Positions 52,323 through 60,728 of a stretch of 64,000 nucleotides of DNA are shown here, in pieces. Origin of the DNA: Nitrospirota bacterium (lineage in GTDB: Bacteria; Nitrospirota; UBA9217); assembly GCA_963818475.1 (NCBI GenBank), contig CAWFSF010000005.1, positions 128,001 to 192,000 of the forward strand. Direction: 5' to 3'. Made by a program: the position numbers and the translations under genes. The notes below the pieces were generated by a model, which worked only from the letters and a program-made list of their open reading frames with translations, made no database searches and was not told the DNA's origin. Numbering within the stretch: position 1 is the stretch's first letter; every line of letters starts with the position of its first letter.

Positions 52323-54490
52323 TTAATCCCCAAATGGCCGGGGGTCAGCCGACCCCCCGGGGCAGTCACAAGGGTTAGGCTCATAACGCTGGCCCGGTCG
52401 TTTCATTGCAGTCCCTATTTTAGTTGCATCCCAACCATCAATTTTACTGGCTTCACCTGCAAGTGTGCCGTCACAATCAAGGAAACATTTGGCTCTTTTT
52501 TTCCAATCGCACCGAGAATTCTTTCGGCAGTTGTAGTAGCATTTATCATGAGTCTCGCATGCACTATCCAGCGGGTCTCCATCTTTCGCTGGTAGATAAT
52601 AACCTGGGGGATGCGGAGTGTATTGTTCTTTCTTTCCACCTGTCCAATCACCACCGCACCAGTTTCCGTGTTCTTGACTTAACCCAATACGGTCAATTCC
52701 TTTCAACGGATTATTTCCGACGTACGCATAGATGTTAATACCTCCGGCAATCCCTATCAGGTCAGCCTGAACGTACCTTCCAATAACGGGATTATAATCG
52801 CGGTAATAGTTGTAGTTCAGCCCCGTTTCAGCATCGAAGTACTGTCCAGGGAACCTAAGGTTGTTCGTGATCGTGGAGACGGTGACACGTCGCTTCACCG
52901 AAGGGTTTGTAGTCCGCAGACCAAACAACAGTGCCGGAACTGTCCGTCATCTTCTGAGGGGTGGCAAGATGATCGTTGTGGTAGTAGTACGTGTTCGCCC
53001 CCTCGATTTTCGCCAGCGGCTGACCATTCAAGTATACATATTCCGCTGTGATAGTTCCAGCACTATTCGACTCTGCAATGATCTGTCCGCTTAGACTGTA
53101 ATGGAAGATCGTTGTTCGTTGAGCCGACGACTTTCTTCACCCGCTGACCATTGCCGTTGTAGGTGTAATTGGCTGTCATTCGACCCGTCATTCACCTGAA
53201 TCAGATCGCTGGTTCTGATTATAGACATACTGGCGAGCAGCTTCTGTTGTCGTATTTCCGTTATTGTCGTAGCCAAAGGACAATCCATTGGCAGTATTCA
53301 ACTTGTTGGTATTCTGGTAGTACGTATAGGCATTCGTGTTCTCGGTCTGCCTGTTCCCTACCCCATCGTAAGTCCAGGCCAAACTACCCCATATGCCCGA
53401 TGATGCGGCTGTCCAGAGCCGATCAAGGTTATCGTAGGTGAAGCTCTTGTTCTTTGAAGTATCGAGACTGTCCGTAATGGCCGTTATGTTCCCATTATTA
53501 TCATATCCGGTATAGCTGAGGCTCAGTACCGACCCTGCTGTTATGGAGCTGATCCTGTACTGGTTATCGTATCCGATGGTGCCGCTCAGGCCATTGCCAT
53601 AGGTGATCGCATTCATGCCGCCAAAGGGCTTGTAAGTGATATTCGATGCGAGGTTGGCTGCACCGTTTAGAATACTTACTGCCTTGTCGTTGGTGTAGTT
53701 GTAGGTGATGACCTTGCCTGACGGATAGGTCATGGTTTTCATGTTCCCGTTCATGTCGTAGGTGTATTGCGTTAGGTACGTCACGGTATCGATTACCTTG
53801 GTCTCTTTTTTGACCTGCCCTTTTGGCGTGTACTCGTAGCTGGTCGTTCCTGATGCATCGGCCATGGAACAGAGACGGCCCTTGCCGTTTACGCAGGTAT
53901 CGTAGGAATAGACCGTGTCTGTATCAGCCGGATAGTCGATGGTCGTCAACCGATTCAGGGCGTCATAGGTATAGGAAATCGTGACTACCTTGGCGTCGGT
54001 TTTAGTCAGGAGATTCCCTGCAGGGTCATAGGTATAGGTAGTCGTGCCGGTATCCGGAGAGATAACCCGGTACACTCTGCCCCTGTCATCGTATATGTAG
54101 GTGGTGGCGTTATTATTGGCATCGGTGACCGTGGTCAGGTTGTTATTTGAGTTGTAGCCGTAGCCGGTGGTGATCGTTCCTGGCTGGATGGTTGCTAGCA
54201 ACCGGTTCAGCGCGTCATACGAGTACGTCGTGAGCGTTGTGTTCGGGGTTCGGAGTGAGAGTCTATTGCCTCTTGAGTCGTAAGAGTATTCGGTATAGCT
54301 GGCATCGGGGTTCGTGGTCCTTTTCAGGCTGTTCAAAGCATCATACTGATAGCTCAAGCTCTTCTGGAGGCTATTGCCCGCATCCCTGATCTCTTCCGTG
54401 AGTCTGTTCCCCTCTGAGTCATAGGTGTAATTGATGCTGTTGCCAAGGCTGTCGCTGATGCTGGTGAGGTTGCTGTTGGCATCATAGCCA
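52323..54490 (-). pseudogene. Orphan Rhs module with phospholipase A2-like tip (N-truncated, frameshifts)
   Basis: YD repeats near-identical to the other copies; LRFPGQYFD core; tip HGNWCG...DPLDSACETHDKCY. Confidence 0.85.
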
Positions 54491-54534
54491 CAAATTAAAA
54501 GACCCTATAGGTTCCTCCAGGTGGACCGGAAGGC

Positions 54535-55200
54535 TCATCTTTTTGACGCTATTTTCGACAGTGCCTCGTATCTGTCATTATAAGCGTTACTTGATGACCT
54601 TTTTGAAGAGCACCAACCGCTCATCAAGGCAGCTTCATTCAGCGATGAGTACGCTGGTCCTGTCCCATATTTTTTTAGCTCAGGATCGTTCATTAAAGTA
54701 AGAGTTGCATGCCATATATATGCACGTATGGGACTCTGACCATCAGAATACGCGGCAATATATGAGACCCTGTCCGATTCCCCTGTAAGAAACCGTTGCA
54801 AATAAATAGTGCCTTCAGATGAGCAATCCAAACCTTCCATTCTTATTTTTTGGCCATCTTCAAGAACAATAGTGCCCTCATCAATAACGGATGTGACTTT
54901 GTATAAAGTCGCGTTCACCGGCATTTGTGGACCTGGATATTTACGATTTATTTCTTTCAAATTCCTGTCGAAATCAGAAAGATCATTTATTTCTGCCGAA
55001 GTAGGTTTTCCTATGGTAATCGTGCCATCACAGCTTCTTTCTGCTACAGCCATGCCGCAAACTTCTGTTCTTTTATTAGAACACGCCATCACCATGCCGA
55101 CAGAGATACAAACAATGAGCACAAAAATAGGTCGCATCATTACCATCTTTTTCTTTTTAGTTTGATTACCGACGTAGACCCTATATACGGGCAGCTTCAT
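54535..55200 (-). CDS. Hypothetical lipoprotein with degenerate SNase-like OB segment (start probably ~55140)
   Basis: Lipobox-like VMAC; VTSVIDEGTIVLEDGQKIRMEGLD. Confidence 0.65.
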   Translation of the reverse strand: MKLPVYRVYVGNQTKKKKMVMMRPIFVLIVCISVGMVMACSNKRTEVCGMAVAERSCDGTITIGKPTSAEINDLSDFDRNLKEINRKYPGPQMPVNATLYKVTSVIDEGTIVLEDGQKIRMEGLDCSSEGTIYLQRFLTGESDRVSYIAAYSDGQSPIRAYIWHATLTLMNDPELKKYGTGPAYSSLNEAALMSGWCSSKRSSSNAYNDRYEALSKIASKR

Positions 55201-55421
55201 TTGAGTTTTTTTCTTTTTTTATATATTTCCCAAACAACCACTGCCACGATGAAAGCAATGATTAGCTTCATAAGCTTCGGTAACGCTGGCGACCGAAATA
55301 TATTCCACTCATCTGTCCCAGTTAATTTATACAGATTGTTTTCGATTGATAAATACGTAACGACTATTATAAGCACTATGCTAACGATATTTTCTTTAAG
55401 CCATTTAAAGACTTTATTCAT
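55197..55421 (-). CDS. Small two-TM protein; putative immunity protein
   Basis: MNKVFKWLKENIVSIVLII...; immediately after the Rhs tip ending at 55429. Confidence 0.65.
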   Translation of the reverse strand: MNKVFKWLKENIVSIVLIIVVTYLSIENNLYKLTGTDEWNIFRSPALPKLMKLIIAFIVAVVVWEIYKKRKKLK

Positions 55422-55428
55422 AAGCGAT

Positions 55429-56070
55429 TCACTTCTTTTTATGGCAATCGACGAGACACTCAACTGCCTCGTAAACCGTCGTCGACGTGTTAATCCAGCC
55501 ATAATAAGGTAACGCTTTTTTTGCCCACTCCTTCGCTACGCGTATTGCTACCTCCTCGATCATTTTATCCCTCATGGCATCTCTAATTTCTCCTATAAGT
55601 ACCTTTGTCTCACAGCGCACTACGCAGGTAAGATATGGGCACGTAAATGAATTGGTATATTCAGCAATCGCAGTTAATTCTTGGTAGCTAGGAGGAGCTG
55701 GATCCCCTCCTATTGGCACACATCCCTCCATTGGATCGCAATAATATATAGAATCTAAACCGCGGGGATCTACTCGAATGATGGGGTTGTTTTTTACATA
55801 CGCATATAGTTGATCCCGCCTCTAAATCCTATGGGATCTTTCTCAATGTAGCGCCCGAGCACAGGATTATAATCTCGATTTAAATTATAATTCAGCCCCG
55901 TCTCGGGATCATAGTACTGCCCAGGAAAACGAAGGTTATTCGTGATCGTGGAGACGGTGACAGTGGCTTCACCAAAGGGTTTGTAGTCCGCAGACCAGAC
56001 AACGACCCCGGAACTGTCCGTCTTCTTCTGCGGGGTGGCAAGATGATCGTTGTGATAGTAGGCGGTAGTC
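55429..56070 (-). pseudogene. Minimal orphan Rhs core plus Cys-rich tip (frameshift ~55795)
   Basis: [12 protein letters not shown]...LRFPGQYYD...DPIG, then DPRGL and tip ...CPYLTCVVRC...CLVDCHKKK. Confidence 0.8.
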
Positions 56071-56087
56071 AACGAATCATGCGACTA

Positions 56088-56516
56088 TCATCTAAGCCCA
56101 AAATAATGGTTACTCGCTAAAAAGGTCAGGTAATAAATAAGACAGAAAACAAAAATATAGATTATGGAAGTGACAGTCTTGCTCTGAAAGAGCTTAAGCA
56201 TTCTATTTATACTAATAAGCGGCAAAGACATTGAGAAAAGGACTATAACAATAATTTCCTCTGCGACACCTTTTAAACCCATCAACAGTACTTTATTTCC
56301 AAATAAATAACGCTCATTCAAAAACATCACGCAAAACATACCCAACCAGAACAAGGCATTTGCAAACACCAAGAAGACAACCGCTTTTACTACGAATTTC
56401 CTTGTGTCATTAAACGTAGTTGTAAACGATTTCAAAGCAGCGATATAGATGATGCCCAATATTATCTGGCTATACTCATTTAAAAACAACAAGGCCATCA
56501 TGATATATTCTCTCAT
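56088..56516 (-). CDS. Four-TM membrane protein; putative immunity protein
   Basis: ATGA overlap with the Rhs stop at 56513; AT-rich and hydrophobic. Confidence 0.75.
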   Translation of the reverse strand: MREYIMMALLFLNEYSQIILGIIYIAALKSFTTTFNDTRKFVVKAVVFLVFANALFWLGMFCVMFLNERYLFGNKVLLMGLKGVAEEIIVIVLFSMSLPLISINRMLKLFQSKTVTSIIYIFVFCLIYYLTFLASNHYFGLR

Positions 56517-59454
56517 TGGCAGTCACACTTTTCACTAATCCTACCTTCTAGTTTTTTATAGCAGGATAATTCAGCGGCGTAACCAGGCTTTTCCATATCA
56601 TCTTCATAAAACAATTTCTTCAGTCCGAATTTAACTGGCCCTAATTCTTCGCATTGCTTAACATGTACATTTTCGTGGGCAGTAACGCACTGCTTCTGAC
56701 ATTCCGTAAGTTTAGGGTTTAAGGTAACGATGCCAGTATTTTTCCCGAACCTGATCCGGCAGTCTGTAACTGCTAGCTGAACTTTGTTGCCACTCCCCTT
56801 GCCGTTACCTTCAAGTTCACTTATTCTACTGCGTATATAATCTGCTTCATCTTTCGGGCAACATTTCAATCCGAGAATATCAACATAAATTAGCGTATTA
56901 TTTTTAGCATAAGGATATAGAGCAAAATCACCTATTTGTCCCAGCGGGTCGGCCTCGATATACTTTCCAATGACTGGACTGTAGTCACGCATGTAATTAT
57001 AGTGGAGCCCCGCCTCAGCATCATAGTACTGTCCAGGGAATCGGAGATTGTTCGTGATCGTGGAGATGGTGACGGTCGTTTCACCGAAGGGTTTATAGTC
57101 AGCTGACCATACGACTTGGCCGGAAGAGTCCGTCATCTTCTGTGGGGTGGCAAGATGATCGTTGTGATAGTAGTATGTGTTCGCCCCCTCCATCTTTGCC
57201 AGCGGCTGACCATTGAAGTATACATATTCCGCTGCGATAGTTCCAGCACTATTCGACTCTGCAATGATCTGTCCGCTTAGACTGTAATGGAAGATCGTTG
57301 TCGTTGAGCCGACGACCTTCTTCACCCTCTGACCGTTGCCGTTGTAAGTGTAATTGGCCGTCATTGACCCGTCATTCACCTGAATCAGTCTCTGGTTCTG
57401 ATTATAGACATACTGGCGAGCAGCTTCTGTTGTCGTATTCCCGTTGTTGTCGTACCCGAACGCTATTCCATTGGCAGTGTTCAACTTGTTGGTATTCTGA
57501 TAGTACGTATAGGCAGTCGCATTCTCGGTCTGCCTGTTCCCTACTCCGTCATACGTCCAGGCCAAACTGCCCCATATGCCCGTTGATGTGGCTGTCCAAA
57601 GCCGGTCAAGGTTATCGTAGGTGAAGCTTTTGTTCTTTGAAGCATCGAGACTGTCCGTAATGGCTGTTATGTTCCCATTGTTATCATATCCGGTATAGCT
57701 GAGGCTCAGCACCGCCCCTGCTGTTATGGAGCTGATCCTGTACTGATTATCGTATCCGATCGTGCCGCTCAGGCCATTGCCGTAGGTGATCGCATTCATG
57801 CCGCCGAAGGGTTTGTAGGTGATGTTGGATGCGAGATTGGCTGCACCGTTGAGGACACTGACTGCCCGGTCGTTGGTGTAGTTGTAGGTGATGACCTTGT
57901 CTGAGGGATAGATCATGGTTTTCATGTTCCCGTTCATGTCATAGGTGTATTGCGTTACATACTGAACGGTATCTATTACCTTGGTCTCTTTTTTGACCTG
58001 CCCTTTTGGCGTGTACTCATAGGTCGTAGTTCCCGATGCATCGGCCATGGAACAGAGACGGCCCTTGCCGTTTATGCAGGTATCGTAGGAATAAACCGTG
58101 TCAGTATCAGTCGGATAATCGATGGTCGTCAGCCGGTTCAGAGCGTCATAGGTATAGGAAATCGTTATTCCTTTGGCGTCGGTTTTGGTCAAGAGATTTC
58201 CGGCGGGGTCGTAGGTATAGGTTGTCGTGCCGGTATCTGGAGAGATAACCTGGTACACTCTGCCCCTGTCATCGTATATGTAGGTGGTGGCGTTATTATT
58301 GGCATCGGCGACCGTGGTCAGGTTGTTATTTGAGTTGTAGCCGTAGCCGGTGGTGATCGTTCCTGGCTGGATGGTTGCTAGCAACCGGTTCAGCGCGTCA
58401 TACGAGTACGTCGTGAGCGTTGTGTTCGGGGTTCGGAGTGAGAGTCTATTGCCTCTTGAGTCGTAAGAGTATTCGGTATAGCTGGCATCGGGGTTCGTGG
58501 TCCTTTTCAGGCTGTTCAAAGCATCATACTGATAGCTCAAGCTCTTCTGGAGGCTATTGCCCGCATCCCTGATCTCTTCCGTGAGCCTGTTCCCCTCGGA
58601 GTCATAGGTATAGTTGATGCTGTTCCCAAGGCTGTCGCTGATGCCGGCGAGATTGCTGTTGGCGTCATATCCGTAGGTTATGGTGTTCCCTTCAGGCAGG
58701 GTAATATGATCGATCTTGTTCGCCCCTCCGCAGGAGGTGCAGCCTCCCGCGACGTAGGCATATTGCGTGGGGCTGCTGTCGCCTGCTGCGGTGACCGTAA
58801 GCACCCGTCCGCTATCGTCATAGGTATAGGCAGTGCTGTTGCCGTTCGGGTCAAGGACGTTCCGGGGATTGCCGAGGGCATCGTGATCGGAATAGGTCGT
58901 TGTGCCGGTCAGCGGCTGGGTCGTTGAGGTCAAGAACCCGGTTGTCGGATCATAGGCATAGCTCGTAACGTCGGTCACATCAGTCCTGGGGCCGTCGATG
59001 CTCGTGAGCTTGCCGTTGGTATAACCATAGGTCGTGATATAGGAGTAGGCCGTGCCGCTGCCCAGAAACCCGGCATCGGTCGTGGTCAGGAGATTGCCGG
59101 TCGTGTTGTCATAGGTGTTGGTGATGGTCTTGTTTTGATTCGGGTCAACTATGCTCTTGACGATCTCCTGGGCCACCTTGTGGAACGTGGCCGCTGTAGC
59201 TTGCGGGTCGATCTCATACTGGTAGATGTACGTCGTGGTCTTCTGAATGGCAGCCCAGTCACTCGGGCTGGGTTGCTTGCCTCTGTCTTGCTCTTTAGGT
59301 TGCCGTAGGTGTCGTAGGTGAAATCGTTGGCTGATCTGAGCACAAGGACCGGCACGGACACCGTTCCCGTGTTTTCCCAGTATTCTTCGCGGGTGATCTT
59401 TGTCAGGGCATTCCGGGTATAGATTATGACATTGCCCAGGGAGTCGGTCTCTTT
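56513..59454 (-). pseudogene. Orphan Rhs module with HExxH metallopeptidase-like tip (N-truncated; frameshifts ~59200-59280)
   Basis: YD repeats, LRFPGQYYD and DILGL cleavage-type motif; tip has AHENVH...EKPGY. Confidence 0.88.
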
Positions 59455-59626
59455 AGGAATCGGAGGAATTTATTGTAGTCGGCAGTTTCTCTGAAGATCT
59501 GCTGGCGCTAGTTCCCCCGCGTAATCACGTGGTAGAAGGCACCTTCAAACTCGATGCGGGGTTTCCGTGGCATGCGGAGAGACAATCACTCGAAGGGGAG
59601 AATGTCAATTCTAAAGTCTGACCCCA
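59455..59626 (-). pseudogene. RAYT 5' remnant with its left end, fused to the truncated Rhs
   Basis: GGGGTCAGAC...TTGACATTCTCCCCTTCG...ATG 59573, then MPRKPRIEFEGAFYHVITRGN*RQQIFRETADYNKFLRF. Confidence 0.85.
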
Positions 59627-59839
59627 ATATGCCCTTTCGACGTAGAGAGCCCGGGACACAACGTTGAGGCGAATGACCTCGTGAGGGACAATACAGGGCC
59701 TCTCATAGAACTTGAGAATCTGGATAAGGGATGCTTGGCGGCAACGGCACGCCGGATATTTATAACGCTTAGAGAGCAAGTTCGCTTTACGTGAGAAAGT
59801 CGTCGAAGAAAATGCTGATGTCCGAACAGGACGCATGGG

Positions 59840-59980
59840 TGAAGTGCGTCTTCAAGAAAAACCGTCAGTTATCGTATTGGAATTTCAGCGAAAGCAAGTT
59901 GCACTTGACAAGGGGGCTATAGGATGTCCCCAATGTTCTCGTTACGTCCCCAATGTTCTCGTTACGTCCCCAAGATGTCC
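59840..59980. repeat. Second copy of the 51161-51256 element plus tandem 20-bp end repeats
   Basis: TGAAGTGCGTC...ATAGGATGTCCCCAATG, with GTCCCCAATGTTCTCGTTAC twice and a partial third copy. Confidence 0.85.
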
Positions 59981-59981
59981 A

Positions 59982-60662
59982 TTACGCTCCCTTATTGTGC
60001 CCCAATGCTCCAACCTTGAATTTATACCATAGAAAAACTATAAAAATAATACTTGAAATGATCAAAGTAACAAGAAGGCTGAGTGCTGTAATTCTAAGAT
60101 TAGTTTTCGCTAAATCAAGTTGATGGACAGATGACTTCAATTCCTCTGTTAATTTACTCCTTTTGTCATCAGGTGCATAGAGAACTTCTCCATTTTCATT
60201 ATTTAAGTACGATATACTTTCACCGGTAGCTAAATAATGGTTTTCGGCTATTTCAAGCCTCCGTTTTGATGTGCTATTTTTATTCATCGCTTCTTTTCTT
60301 GCTTCTGTTGAATCCACCTTGATAAAGACTTCAGTTATCGTATCGGACATCATAAAAAAGCTTAAAATGGGCGGACCGAATGATGTTATAACTAGGAGCG
60401 CCCCAATTATAATGAGAATAATTGGTGTTTCAAGTTTACGCGTTCCTTTAACGCCCGACATATACGCATAAATACTGAAGAACAGAAGATAAAGGAATAG
60501 GATGCGAGACACATAGTAAAGTAAGGTTGAAAGGAATGGAAATGAGGTGCTGGTTATCTTACCTGATTGTGCTTGGTATGAATTCAGTACTAGTATCAGA
60601 ATGGTGATCAATAAAGCGATAAAGATAAAAAAGAGGTTTTTCTTATACAAGTAGTAGTTCAT
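59982..60662 (-). CDS. Multi-TM membrane protein; putative immunity protein
   Basis: AT-rich, four TM, directly after an Rhs tip. Confidence 0.75.
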   Translation of the reverse strand: MNYYLYKKNLFFIFIALLITILILVLNSYQAQSGKITSTSFPFLSTLLYYVSRILFLYLLFFSIYAYMSGVKGTRKLETPIILIIIGALLVITSFGPPILSFFMMSDTITEVFIKVDSTEARKEAMNKNSTSKRRLEIAENHYLATGESISYLNNENGEVLYAPDDKRSKLTEELKSSVHQLDLAKTNLRITALSLLVTLIISSIIFIVFLWYKFKVGALGHNKGA

Positions 60663-60728
60663 TATTTAACACCCCATAATGTATATATGTAAAATTTTTT
60701 ATTTTGCTATCCTACTTCTCACACAGCG

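Noticed and set aside
59508-59510. In-frame TAG in the RAYT remnant as pyrrolysine or readthrough
   Set aside because: The gene is truncated about 17 codons later, so this is ordinary pseudogene decay.
59926-59980. CRISPR-like repeats
   Set aside because: These are head-to-tail 20-bp repeats with no unique spacers and no cas genes. They are better explained as duplicated element ends.
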